60,374 nucleotides of DNA from Octopus sinensis (Eukaryota), in NCBI RefSeq assembly GCF_006345805.1, contig NW_021832568.1, positions 1-60,374 on the forward strand, in the 5' to 3' direction. This document shows, piece after piece, positions 11,291 through 23,644 of the stretch. The notes beneath the pieces were generated by a model. It made no database searches. It saw nothing but the letters and a program-made list of their open reading frames with translations, and was not told the origin of the DNA. The position numbers were made by a program, and so were the translations under genes. Each line of letters starts with the position of its first letter. The stretch's first letter is position 1.

Positions 11291-14200
11291 CTAGCAGAGA
11301 TACCTGGCGTTGCCCGGTTACATTCAATTGAAGAATTAGACTTTTCTGTTGTATATATATGGATACACACACACACTATATATGTATATTAAAATATATA
11401 TACATGAAAGTACATGAAGTTTGTTAAAAAAAGGGGGATCATGTATATACCTCCTGGCTGTTGAGATTATAACACCTCGTTGTAAACAATGTTCCTTGTT
11501 TTTCCTTGTGGAGCATATACAAAAAGGTTTCTTTTGGTTCCTACTCTTGAGCAGCCAGCATACAGTTGCCCATGCGAGAAGGAGGGCTCTTCCAAGAGAA
11601 GACCTGCTACAGAGAGGGTTTGACCCTGAGATTTGTTAATGGACATGGCAAAGCTGACATGAAGGGGGAATTGCAGTCTTCTGAATGTAAATGGAATTTC
11701 TGCTCCTGATGGAGTAAGAGGAATTCTTGGAATAAAGATGTCATCATCTTTTCCACATCCAGAAAGAATAATTGCCTCGATAACGTGTGACATCATTTTC
11801 TTTATCACCAGCTGTGTTCCATTGCAAAGTCTTGGTGGTTGATTAATTTTGTTAACAGCGACATTTTTTGGAGCTAATATTGCTCTTTCACACAGCCAAT
11901 TGTGATTTTGGTAGTTTTGTGTGAAGTTGGAAAGACTTTGTTTTTGAGGTCATCCACAGAATTAACAACAGAGGAAAATGACCACACTTCCATTTGTCCT
12001 GCAGCATCGAGAGGCATCTTGCCTTCACCAAGTGTCAAAATGTCCTGTGCAAACTTTGTGGACATTTTGTCGCCATGTAGCTGAGCTCTCATGTTAGTAG
12101 TGAGACTGAGAATTGTAACATGATGCCACAGGGTAGAGGACTTTAGGTATGCTTAGACTTCATCTGCTCTAGTGCCTTTCGGAATGACAGGAAGAATTTG
12201 CCTGAAATCACCTGACAACAGAAGCGTTACACATCCCATTGGAGCCTGACAGTCTTGGATGTCTTTCAGGGCTCTATCTAATGCTTCCAAAGCTCCCTTG
12301 TGAGCCATAGTGCACTCATCCCAGACAATTACATAACACATTTAAAGTACTTGTCCCTGACCTGAGCTTTTGTTGATGTTGCATGAAGGCATTTCAAATG
12401 CTGCTAAATTGAGAGGAGTTTAAAAGTTAAGTGTGCTGTCCTGCCACCGGATAACAAAGTAGCTGCAATGCCAGAGGAGGCTACAGCTACTGCAATGTCC
12501 TGATGCTGCCTAACTTCTGCAAGGAAAAGCTTTGTAATAAATGTTTTTTCTGTCTCTCTAGGAGCATCGAGGAAGAAGATTCGTTGGCATACACTGTTAA
12601 GAATAGTTCTGTAGGCCTGCAGCTGGTCCGGAAATAATTTAGGCTCATTTTCAACAATGTACTTTGAAAGCGCTTGAGTGTCGTAGGTTGTTTCACAAAT
12701 TACAGCAGTGGGAAGGCTATTTGACCCTGACCTGAATGCTTGTGGCAGGCCATACGTCAACAATTCCTTTCCACCCAGTTTATAATTCTGTCTTCAATGT
12801 CAATGAATGTTTTGTTATAGATTTCATTGCTGATACCCTCCATGTCAGGATAGAGCAGTTGAGCTTAGCACTGAAAGTCTTCAGCCAGGTTGTCTCTATA
12901 TTTGAGCCATAGAGTGGCCGGATCACACAGTTCGCATGCCTGTAGTAATAATTCAAATAGTGCCCTGAGACTTTTAGGTGATTGTGATAAAGCAGCCTCT
13001 CCTAAAGTTGCATCCCATTGTGCACCATCTTCTAACAGACCTTGTGATAGCAGGCTTCTCTGTATGTTGTGCAGACATGTCCATGAACGGTTTTTAGGGC
13101 CTGGAAAGACGTTGGCCCTCTGACCTCATGCAGTAGTAGACAAAGGTAGAAGCACTCTTGTTGAGTGGGATGCACTGTGTATACTTTCCCAAGGCAAGTG
13201 TGAAACTTAATGCCAGGGTATCCATGAACATTTTGACCGTGGGGCCCATTTTTTTTCATTTCAAGTGTAGTACGATGGAATCTGTGGATACAGCACGGTT
13301 TGAGAAAATGGATCCACTTGACAAAGCTTGAAGAATGCAGTGAGTGTGCTATCCCTTGGTTCCTCTGCCAACAGAGAAGCATTAGCATTGGTAAAGTACA
13401 CTCTTTGACCATTTTCCAGGTGCACTGCAAGCTGTTGAATGGCGGGGTGTTGTTGGTGAATTGGAAACCAAAGATGCGCCAGAAAGCCTCGTTGCTACTT
13501 ATGTACCGTCCCACCTGATAATGCATCACCTCATCCTGGCAGTATTCTTGTTGATGTCCAAACATTGCAGTGTCAGAACCCTTGTTTACATATTTGCAAA
13601 CGTACTTGATGGATTTAATGGAGTTGCAAAACTCAACGTTGATGTGGGCATTGAAAGTCTTTGACAGGAGTGGGCAGTATGGAACAATCCATCTATTATC
13701 AATATCGTGCTGTCCGATAGTTGCTGTGAAACCTCCGTCTTCTAGTTTTCTGCGTCTTTATGATGGATACCCATCAGCACCTGAGTTTCTTGTAGGAACC
13801 TCCTTGGAAATCCTTTTGAACATATGCTGTCCCTCAAGCATGGTGTGTTTATGTTGAATCCACGCCCACATGGACCATGTACCATGTTTGCTTTAACTAT
13901 TTCGTATAGTTCTTTGTCTAAAGCTGGATCAGGAAGTTCTGCAGAGATTATGTTGTCGATGTCATTTGAATTGATCTTCGCTGAGAGCCAAAGCAGGATA
14001 TGAGCATGTGGAAGGCCCCTTTTTTGACACTCGATTGTGTACATGTCACTGTATGGGCCCAAAAACTTGCCCTTTTTGTATGAGCTCCATGAGAGAGATT
14101 AACTTCAGATGGAAAACTTGGGCATTGAGATTCCGGTTCGAATGTAAGGCAGGTTTGAAAGTGTTCCCAACAGTTATTAGTTGTAGTGGTAGAGTGTTTA

Positions 14201-15354
14201 TGCCAAATATGTACGTATGCATGAATATATATATATGTATGTATGCCTGTATATATGTACAAAATCCACTGAGAAGGCTTTTGTTGGTCTGAGGCTACAG
14301 CAGAAGACACATACCAAGTCACCACAGTGGGACTGAACCCAGGACCATGTGTTTGGAATGTAGTTTGTTACCACACAGCCACACCTGCCCCTATGTATGT
14401 GTGTGTGTGTGTGCATATGTGTGTATGGGTAGATATATTATGCATGTATATATGTGTATATATATGTGTACATATTACATGTACATCTATATATATACAT
14501 CTACACATAAAATACAAAATACAAGGTTATATCTTGATATCGCTAGTGATAACAATACTCAAAATATATAACAGACTGGAAATGTAGGTCCGTCTCTTGC
14601 AATTTCGATCAATTGGATCTTGTCCTCCCTCTTGTACGGCTGCAGTGAAATTCATTTTTGGACTTTCTTCTATCGAAGGCATTTTAACAAAAATGCTTCC
14701 ATAAAGACGGTGAAAATATTGTCAATTTCCCCAAACAGGGACACAATTCAATTTTTAAACAATAACCAAAGCCCCTTCTCCGAAAGCGGGGGGGTTATGG
14801 TTTACAATTATTTAACAAATGCAACACAACAACGTTTCCCTGATGAGGAACCAACAAACGTGATTACAATAGCCAAACAATAATAATAATAATAACAACA
14901 AACCTTTTTAATTTATCCCCATTTATGTGAAACCACTTATTCAAGTTCAAGTCATTGATGCAATTTTATATGAATTGCTAATACACACACACACACATAA
15001 TAAGGGTGAAAAATTGATTATTAATTTGATTAATATGAATTGAAAACCAGTGGTGTAGCATATAAGACCATAGCGGATCTTCTAGTAAAATGGATGACCA
15101 TTGTTAATGGTTCATCCCTGTTATATAATACTTTCACTTTAATAGTTTCAGTATTAAAGTGAAAGTGTCTGCATTACAAAGAGAGATGTTTTGTTTCACT
15201 TTTAACACGTAATACTGAAATAGTGGAGAAGATATGATATTGCTGTGGGGTCGCCCTTAAGTAAGGCATGTGTAAAATTTGAATGAAGTTGGTTGTGTAG
15301 TTCTCAAGTTTTAGGAAAACACACAGACACACACACACACACACAATCTCAGTT

Positions 15355-15372
<18 letters not shown>
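11291..15372 (-). mobile_element. Helitron with decayed Rep/helicase
   Basis: HUH motif ECQKRGLPHAHILL (13742..14062); PIF1-type helicase motifs VIVWDECTM, GDFRQILP, INKSQGQTL, HGQLY; 3' hairpin + CTAG at 11291-11320; 5' module is the reverse complement of 10146-10570. Confidence 0.95.
14265..14390 (-). mobile_element. SINE head inside the Helitron
   Basis: Same head/CORE-like sequence as 337-480, reversed. Confidence 0.65.
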
Positions 15373-15400
<28 letters not shown>

Positions 15401-15519
15401 GTGAGTAAGAGGTGAGTGAGAGGAAGATGGTTTGGGAGGGAAGGAAGGATGAAGGTATGTAGATTTTCTGGTGTGCAGAAGTGAGGCAGTGCTCTGTGAG
15501 AACTTTCGGTATAAGGGAA

Positions 15520-15640
15520 GAGTTTACTGGTATATGAGAAGAGATTACCACTATCGAGAGAAGGGATTTCCAGTACAAGAGAAGGGATTCCAGTACGAGA
15601 GAAGGGACTTCTAGTACATGAGAAGGGATTTCCGGTATAG
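15520..15640. repeat. ~21-bp tandem repeat (gagaagggattyccagtac)
   Basis: About five degenerate units visible. Confidence 0.7.
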
Positions 15641-15677
15641 GTGGTGGGGGCAGGAAAGGGTGGGTGCATCACTAACA

Positions 15678-16483
15678 GAAATGGAAGAAACGGCTAGCTT
15701 TTCCACAAGAAAATTGAAACACTGAAGCAAAGAATGATAGAGACACATGAGAATTATGATAAGCATTTAAAGAGATATGATTTTAGAAGTTATTAGAGAG
15801 AGTAACAAATTACAGGTTAGATTTGCCACAAGAAAATCGAAATAGCAGTGAAACTGAGAACGATAGCAACACATGAGAATTATGACAAGTATTTAAAGGA
15901 TACGATTCTAGATTCTAGAAATTATTAGAAAAAGTAGCAAATTACAGATCACAAAGTTATTTTAACTGAAGAATGTTAACATGTTAGTAGTAAATGTAAA
16001 TGAATAAAAAGAATGATGAATGATTAAAAAACTAGAGACGTTTCTTAATTTAGTGGCTGGACATTTCGCGTCATGATATGATGGTGCCAAATAGCAGAGC
16101 AAGTTGAGTTTGAAAGATACCATGTGCAAAAGGGTTCTTTGTATAATCTACAGCTGGAAGTAGTCAAATAAGAGGCTGGTTTGCCACAAGAAAATCAAAA
16201 TAGCAGCAAAGGACAATAAGGAAATGGAAGAGATGGCTAGCTTCACCTCAAGAAAATCGAAACAGGGAAGCAAGAGTGATAGAAACAAGAGAATTATGAC
16301 AAGTATCTAAAGGGATACAATTCTAGAAGTTATTAAAGAAAGTAATGAATTACAGGTTAGCATCACCACAAAAAAATTGAAAAAGCAGCAAAGCAAAGAA
16401 TAGACACACAAAAGAACTTATGTCAAGTATTTAAAGTAATATGATTTTAGATTCTAGAAATTATTAGAGAAAGTAATGAATTA
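15678..16483. repeat. ~120-bp tandem repeat arranged as a duplicated dimer
   Basis: ccacaagaaaatcgaaa anchors at 15703, 15826, 16184, 16246, 16366. Confidence 0.75.
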
Positions 16484-17712
16484 CAAGTGGGCTGAAAAGT
16501 TTATAGTCTGATTATTAAGGAGTGATGCTAGAGCCATGAAATTCTGCATGCATTAATTCCAACACTTCTTATTCATAACTGTGTTCTTTCTTGCTAGACT
16601 GACATCTCAATGTTCAAAGAAGACTTCAAAAATAACTAGTAGTGACTTCTCTTGAAAATAGTCAAAATTTAGCACCCTAATGTTATCAAGTATCTGCAGA
16701 AAAATGTTTTATACCCCTCACCACCAAGGACATTCATGCCAACATGGTTCCTACATTAGGGTGACGCTCCACCTTTATCAATAGTGCAAAAGTGGGCATC
16801 TGAATTTAGAATGGGAACAGAGAATAAATGAAGATGACCCAAGGTCTGGACATCCTGAAACTGCCACCACTGAAGAAAAACATTGATCATGTTCATCACA
16901 TGGTGAGGTTTACAGACAATGATAAATAGCCAATGTTGTTAGCATATCCTGTGAGAGAGTTGAAAATATTCTGCACAATGAATTTAGCATGATGAAGGTT
17001 TGTTCTTGGTGAATGTTTTGTCTTCTGACACCAGATCAAAAGCAAATCAGGCTGATCACATCATGGGAAAATCTGACATTGTTTGATGGATCTAGTTCAG
17101 TTCCTTGTACATTTCGAAACCCACGATGAGTGTTGGGCTCATCACTTTGAGTGAGAGACAGAGACAATTTATGCAGTGGAAACGCCCCTCCTCACCTGCA
17201 CCAGAGAAGACTATGGTTGTTTCATTTTCAGGGAAGGTGATGAACGTTGTGTTTATTGACTACCTTCAAAAGGGTTACACCATCAATGGAGAGTAATGTG
17301 CCAACTTGCTGAGGCAGTTGCAAAAATCATTCAGAAAACTGACAAAATGGGGTTTGTTTTGTCAGGACAATGCTCCAATACACATGTCCTTGGTTTCAAT
17401 GGCTGCTCTGTGTGATTGTAACTATGAACTGATTGATACTGATTGATCAATTTCCCCATTCTTCTGATTTGGACTCTTCTGACTATAATCTGTCCCCCAA
17501 CATGAAAAACTACTTGGTTAGGAATCAGTATTGCAGTGATAATGATGTGATATCTACTGTTGGCAACATTTTTGACCAACAGGATGAAATCTTCTTCACC
17601 AATGGAAGAAATGTGTACACTGTAAAGGAGACTATGTTGAAAAATAAAAGTCGTTTGGTCACATTCCATAAGAGTATCTTGGTCAGCCTATGAACTTTTC
17701 AACCAACCCTTG
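16484..17712 (+). mobile_element. Full-length decayed mariner transposon
   Basis: Imperfect TIRs (caagtgggctgaaaagtttatagtctga / tcagcctatgaacttttcaaccaacccttg), TA on both sides; transposase remnants ETHDECW, QDNA, HSSDLDSSDY. Confidence 0.92.
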
Positions 17713-17984
17713 TATATAGCAGAAGCAGCATTTAATATCCACTTTTACATGCTTGCATACATAGATTAGATGGAATTTGTTGAGGCATATTTTCTATGGT
17801 AGGATGCCCTTCATGTTACCATATCAACAACCTCGGCTGTTTCCAAGCAAGGTATATTTTCCATAGCTAGATATATTTTCATAGAAGACTAAAGACAAAA
17901 AAAACCCTTCCTTGTATGATGATAATGCATTTTACAACCATCATGTAAGGTCTACACAAGGGTACGTGCACACACAAATACAAC

Positions 17985-18140
17985 AGGCTTCTTTCAGATT
18001 CCATCTACCAAATCCATTCACACGGCTTTGGTGAAACAGGTTATTAAAGAAGTCACTTTCTCAAGGTGCCATATGAGGGCGCTAAACTCTAAAACATATG
18101 ACTGGGAAGCAAGCTTCTCAGCTGCACAACCACACCTGTA
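17985..18140 (-). mobile_element. SINE head, decayed
   Basis: Reverse complement of the SINE head (caaggtgcc...acaaccacacctg). Confidence 0.6.
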
Positions 18141-18332
18141 CATGAGGGGGGGTGCTAAAAAGTTCTTGGCTTTAAGAGTATCACACCCTTCTGAGTTTTT
18201 TTACAGAGCTTAGAAAAATTGAAGGACCACTGCAATAAGTGTGTGAATCTGGGAGAGGAATGCATTGAATGAAATTATAATTAACTAATCCTTTTCTACC
18301 CAAACCCAGAAACTTCTCAGCACCCTTTCATA
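18141..18332. mobile_element. Mariner-derived MITE
   Basis: Ends tgagggggggtgctaaaaagttcttgg / ccagaaacttctcagcaccctttca are inverted repeats of mariner type. Confidence 0.7.
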
Positions 18333-18340
18333 TGTGTATG

Positions 18341-18369
<29 letters not shown>

Positions 18370-18371
<2 letters not shown>

Positions 18372-18505
18372 TTTTTTTTCTCTAGTTTCAGCTCAGAGCT
18401 GCGGCCATGCTGATGCACTGGCGTTTTGTGCTACACTGTTATTGCGAAGAACCTTGTCTAATATGTGGCACTTGGTGAAGAATGGAGTTTGATATAGCTA
18501 CTCTC
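18370..18505 (-). mobile_element. CR1-clade LINE 3' tail fragment
   Basis: Near-identical to 23200-23335; related to the 46370-46410 tail. Confidence 0.7.
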
Positions 18506-18539
18506 ATATATATATATCAATGTGTGTGTGTGTGTATAT

Positions 18540-19600
18540 ATACATGTATATAAATTAGAGAAGAACCACCATGTAGCAATTCAACAATGATATACTTAAA
18601 TCATACCATATAGAAAAAAATTAAAGATACAATAAAACATTTACCTAGAACTAAATAAAGTATGAAATAATAGTGTAAAATTAGTAAATAGACTACACGT
18701 GTTTTGTGGCTATATTTTCAAATTGATAGCAGTAAAATCAATTCAATTTAAATATAGTCACTCATCAGGTGCAAGATAAAAACAATAAAATAATTAAATA
18801 AATGTACGGATATTATCTAATAAGAAAATATAAATATATATAAAAATATGTAATTTTCCAATAAAAAATCGAACAAAATTCAACAATATATCTTAAAACA
18901 AAAACACGAAATATCTTATCAAATATATTCTGTTAACTAAATCTTTAAACTTAATACAAAGGATTAAGTGTTTATAATATATTTATCTCATTAAAAACAT
19001 GGTGTAAATAAAACTAGAATAAATAGATAGAAATATTTATTTCATCTATGAAAATATATTTTAGCTTATAGAAGAACAACAAACTATAATATATCATTAC
19101 TGAAAAATTAAAATAATGTAATTAAAACAAAATATTTAAAACTATATATTTATATAAAATACATAATATACATTAAGTGAAGCTAAAATACTATAATTTA
19201 ATCTATATCCATTAAATTATTTATATATTTCTTTGATAAACATCTAAATTAAATCTTATTCTAATTACGTAATATATACTAAAAAACTTCATTCTAACTT
19301 ATATACATAATATTACTACAGACTATAACTACAAGAATTAAAAATAGAAAAATGGTTCAAATATATACACACAAATTAGTTAAACTTATATAATAAATTT
19401 ATATAGAGATTTAATGTTACACTCATTAATAGAATTATTCAAAGTTCCTATTATTATTAAAAGTATTTACTTAAATGCAATATTACATAACAAATAAAAA
19501 TTCCTACCCATTCAATAAGATTTTGTCTTACAAAACTATTTCCCAGTGTAAATTATATGTAATACGTTAAGATTATCGTTCACAAGATAATGACAATGAT
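18540..19600 (-). mobile_element. AT-rich non-coding repeat with hammerhead motif, copy 1 (Penelope-associated or retrozyme-like)
   Basis: Colinear homology with 36005-37100; hammerhead core on minus at 18691-18771. Confidence 0.7.
18691..18771 (-). ncRNA. Type I hammerhead ribozyme motif, G12A variant
   Basis: cac CTGATGA GTGACTATATTT..AAATATAGCCAC AAAA C ACGT G TA gtc. Confidence 0.7.
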
Positions 19601-19619
19601 AAAAATAAGACATATTACT

Positions 19620-21320
19620 CGAAGCCTTTGACGAAATAAAAGGGGATATAACTTCACACGATGTAGAAGACAACTGGAGGTTTCTATGGGACCTGCTGAG
19701 GGCCACTGACCAGATCTGTAGCTGGTGTAAAGTCCCCTCTCAACCCAAAATAACGTGGTGGTAGAACAATGTTGTTGACAGGGCTATTAGACAAAAGAAA
19801 CAGGCTTGGAAGGAAGGACTAGAAGAATGGTGGTAACAGGGAATTGTATCAGACAGGGAATCTAGGAGACAGGTTTATTTAGCCAGAGGGGAAACAGAAA
19901 AGGAAAAATTTGCCAATGTTCTGCACCGTGAGTACCAACGACTTGAGATACTTCGTGTTGCAAGACAGTGTGTGAGAGAGAATCATGATGTCGTAGGAGA
20001 GAAATGTGTCTGCATGGATGATGGTTCACTTGCACTAAACTAGGCAGCAAAGAGAGAGGTTTGGAGATGCCAGTATGACAGGTTGCTCAATAAAGAAAAT
20101 GAATGAGAGAAATAGAGTTTGCCGAATGTCAACCCAACAGATAAACCAGCTATCCAAGTTGACGGTACCTTGGTAGATAAAGAAATTAAGAGTATGAAGA
20201 CAGGGAAAGTCCCCCCGGCCCATCAGGAATCACTGCAGAGATGCTTAAAATATCTGGCAGTGTTGGCTATAGCCTAGCCACCCATATAGTTAACCAGTTG
20301 ATACATGAAGGAGTCATACCCAATGACTGGTGTAGCAGCACTATAGTCAACTGCTACAAAGGTAAAGGTGATGCTTTAGGTACAAGTAATTACAGAGGTT
20401 TCAAGCTGTTGGATCAGGTAATGAAGGTCACAGAGAGGGTCATAGCCCAACTAATTAGAGAGAGAGTCTGTTTAGATGAGATGCAGTTTGGTTTCATGCC
20501 AGGGAAAAGCACCACTAATGCTATATTTCTGGTAAGACAGCTGCAGGAGAAATACTTAGCCAAAGATAAACCTCTGTACCTGACTTTCGTTGACATGGTG
20601 AAAGCCTTTAACAGGATCCCCCTGATTCCTTATCTGGTGGTCAATGAGGAAACTAGGGATAGATGAATGGTTAGTAAGAGCTGTGCGAGCCAAGTACAGG
20701 GACGCTGTCAGTAAGATGAGGGTTGGCAATGAATACAGTGAAGAATTCCAGATAAAGGTACAGTTCCACCAAGGTTCAGTCCTTAGTCCCCTCCTATTTA
20801 TCATAGTCCTCCAGGCAATAACAGAGGAATTCAAGACAGGATGCCCCTGGGAGCTCCTCTATGCTGATGAACTTGCCCTAATTGCTGAGTCACTATCAAA
20901 ACTAAAATCGAAGGGCCTTAGAGTCAACCTAGCTAAAACCAAAATTCCTAATAAGTAGGAGGGCAGACAAACCACAAATCCCTTCAGGTAGATGGCTTTG
21001 CTCGATCCGTAGAAAAGGCATAGATAGATACTCTATAAGATGAACCCAGTGTAAACTATGGACACATAAGAGGTGCTGCGATATCAAAGGAAGACTAACT
21101 GGGAAGATAGTTTTTGTATGTCGCAGATGCTCAGGAGCAATAAATAAACACTGAAAATGTGCAGAGAACAACTTCCATCACGTTCCAGGGAGAAAAACTA
21201 GAAGTAGTTGGTAGCTTCCATTACCTAGGTGACCAAGTCAGTTGCGGAGGAGGGTGCACTGAAAGTGTAGCTGCTAGAATAAGAATAGCCTGGGCAAAGT
21301 TCAGAGGGCTCTTACCTCAG
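19620..21320 (+). mobile_element. RTE LINE family A copy 3, internal fragment
   Basis: RT fragments 20241..20666 and 20644..20958, decayed PHD region, GEKLEVVGSFHYLG; ends abruptly at about 21320. Confidence 0.92.
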
Positions 21321-21321
21321 A

Positions 21322-22091
21322 GTAAAAGGTTGACTGTGGTGGGTTTTTGGACTAGTTGGTCGAATCCAAACTGGTTCATAGTTGTCAAGATCTCACGGTT
21401 AGGGGAATCAAGGAGATCCACATTGAAATTAACAAGGACAATGGTCAGATGATTCCTTGGCAAATATCTTATAAGATGATGCAGGCTGGTGAGGAAAGGA
21501 GCAACTGGTACGGAAGGGGATCTGTAAATGGTGATGATACTGATTTTTGTTGATGAGATGGTTACCCCAACAGCAGTGTACTCTAAGTAACTGTGGGAGC
21601 AGCAGAAGGAAAAGTTTCAGACAACGTTTGCTGTTGAAGCCTGTTGATTTCATGAACAACAGATGAACAAGTGCAGATTGTTTCGGTACCATTTGTTTAT
21701 GTAGTTTCATCTCTTTATCCGCCAGTTTCTAATAAGCTAGATACGCAAGTAAAATTACTAATAGAGAAACAAAAATAAACTTTGGAAACAGAAACGCAAC
21801 CATAGATTACATGAAAACATGAACATGTTTTCAAAGGAGATAATCAAAGAACGTAACATTGTAATACTTCATGTAAAGCAAATATAACAAATGAAAAATC
21901 CTTCAAGAAACCATAAAATTTCCTGGACCACTACCAAAATTACATCATTTATTCCTTGTGTATTTATCAAATTTTCCTGCAAGTTTCATCAAATACTGTT
22001 CACAACATTTTGAGTTATTATGCACAAAGTGGGACAGACGGACAAACCAACGCTGATGAAAACATAACCTCCTTACTTGGCAGAGGTAATA
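21322..22091 (-). mobile_element. Probable Helentron (Helitron2) relic: DINE-1-like 5' end plus EEP endonuclease fragment
   Basis: Minus 5' end tattacctc..gaggttatgttttc hairpin then gtccgtctgtcc; ATG-less frame at about 21600-21322 reads IITIYRSPS...IVLVNFNVDLL...FGFDQLVQKPTT. Confidence 0.6.
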
Positions 22092-22301
22092 GGCCATGAT
22101 ACCACAAATCTCGACTCAAAAATGATTTAGATTGATCTCCTAAGTGGCCAAGACCAATTTTAGCCAAAATGTATCCATGTATATATATATTTAATTTATG
22201 TATGTATGTATGTATGTATGTATGTATGTATGTATGTATGTATGTATGTATGTATGTATGCATACATGCATAAATGTATATATGTATTGAAGTATATTGA
22301 C

Positions 22302-22456
22302 AGATCATAGTTAAGCTCCAGGTTTGGTGATTGTGTGAATAAGGAGTCGAATATAGGTCACATATCAGCATGTGTATATAATTTTTTTTTTCAGCATGAG
22401 ATGAAAATCCAAGCCTTATTCGCATAATCACCAACCCTGGAGCTTAACTATGATCT
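22302..22456. repeat. Fold-back element or MITE with 43-bp arms
   Basis: 22302-22344 versus 22414-22456: 40/43 complementary. Confidence 0.75.
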
Positions 22457-22534
22457 ATCCATAGCAATTACTCAGCATTACCCAGACACCTTTTGGTCTT
22501 ATTGACACCATTACCTCTCATAAGCTGTATTGAA

Positions 22535-22535
<1 letters not shown>

Positions 22536-22614
<79 letters not shown>

Positions 22615-22680
22615 ATATAAATATATATATATATATGTGTGTGTGTATATATATATGGATAGATAGAGATAGATAGATAG

Positions 22681-22720
<40 letters not shown>

Positions 22721-22743
22721 ATATATACACAGACACACAAATG

Positions 22744-22775
<32 letters not shown>
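22536..22775. repeat. (TA)n / (GATA)n microsatellite block
   Basis: Direct reading; similar blocks at 25770-25920, 30296-30510, 48453-48650. Confidence 0.95.
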
Positions 22776-22777
<2 letters not shown>

Positions 22778-23160
22778 TCATCATCATCATCATCGTTTAA
22801 CGTCCGTTCTCCATGCTAGCATGGGTTGGACGGTTCAACCGGGGTTCTGGGAAGCCAGAAGGCTGCACCAGGCTCCAGTCTAATCTGGCAATGTTTCTAC
22901 AGCTGGATGCCCTTCCTAACGCCAACCACTCCGTGAGTGTAGTGGGTGCTTTTTACGTGCCACCTGCACAGGTGCCAGGCGAGGCTGGCAACGGCCACGG
23001 TTGGACTGGTGTATTTTATGTGCCACCGGCACGGAAGCCAGTCGAGGCGGTGCTGGCATCGGCCACGAGTCGGATAGTGCTTTTTACGTACCACCAGACC
23101 AGGGATCCTGGCTGGTTCAATTCGATTTCGATTTCGCTTGCCCCAACATGTCTTCGCAAA
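22775..23160 (-). mobile_element. RTE-A 3' UTR fragment, young
   Basis: (GAT)n tail; highly similar to 23645-24060. Confidence 0.9.
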
Positions 23161-23199
23161 TACATATATATATATATATGTATATATATATATTTTTTT

Positions 23200-23590
23200 C
23201 TCTTTAGTTTCAGCTCAGAGCTGCAGCCATGCTGATGCACCGCCGTTTTGTGCTACACTGTTATTGCGAAGAACTTCGTCTAATATGTGGCACTTGGTGA
23301 AGAATGGAGTTTGATATAGCTACCCTCATTTGCACCTATTGCCATAAGGTAGGTTTTTCTGGAACTCTCACTAGGAAGAGGTCCTGCTTTGATTTAAAAA
23401 CACCTACATCTGCTTTGTGCAAGTTCCTCAGACTCTTTAGGAGATTATTAAAAAGCTGTGGGCCCTTGAAACAGGCTGTTGCAGTAACTGGTCCTGAAGT
23501 GTGATGGCATTGCTGGGATCTTTGGCACTATGCAGTGTCATCCCGTTCTGGCATTGGTGTAGCTTTCAATGCCAAAATTTGGCACAATAC
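23200..23590 (-). mobile_element. CR1-clade LINE 3' fragment
   Basis: Minus frame HCIVPKIPAMP...GPQLFNNL, homologous to 46020-46300, with tail. Confidence 0.8.
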
Positions 23591-23644
23591 ATATATATAT
23601 GCATATATATACATATATATATATATATATTATATATATATATA

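Noticed and set aside
14832-14866. CTGATGA...AAACGT hammerhead-like motif
   Set aside because: No G12, no helix II, no helix I partner
21429-21710. Listed 93-aa ORF MKLHKQ...
   Set aside because: The informative EEP-like peptide is in a different minus frame
22468-22793. YIYIYI-type ORFs (also 30290..30526, 48452..48829, 22018..22434)
   Set aside because: Translations of (TA)n and (TACA)n microsatellites
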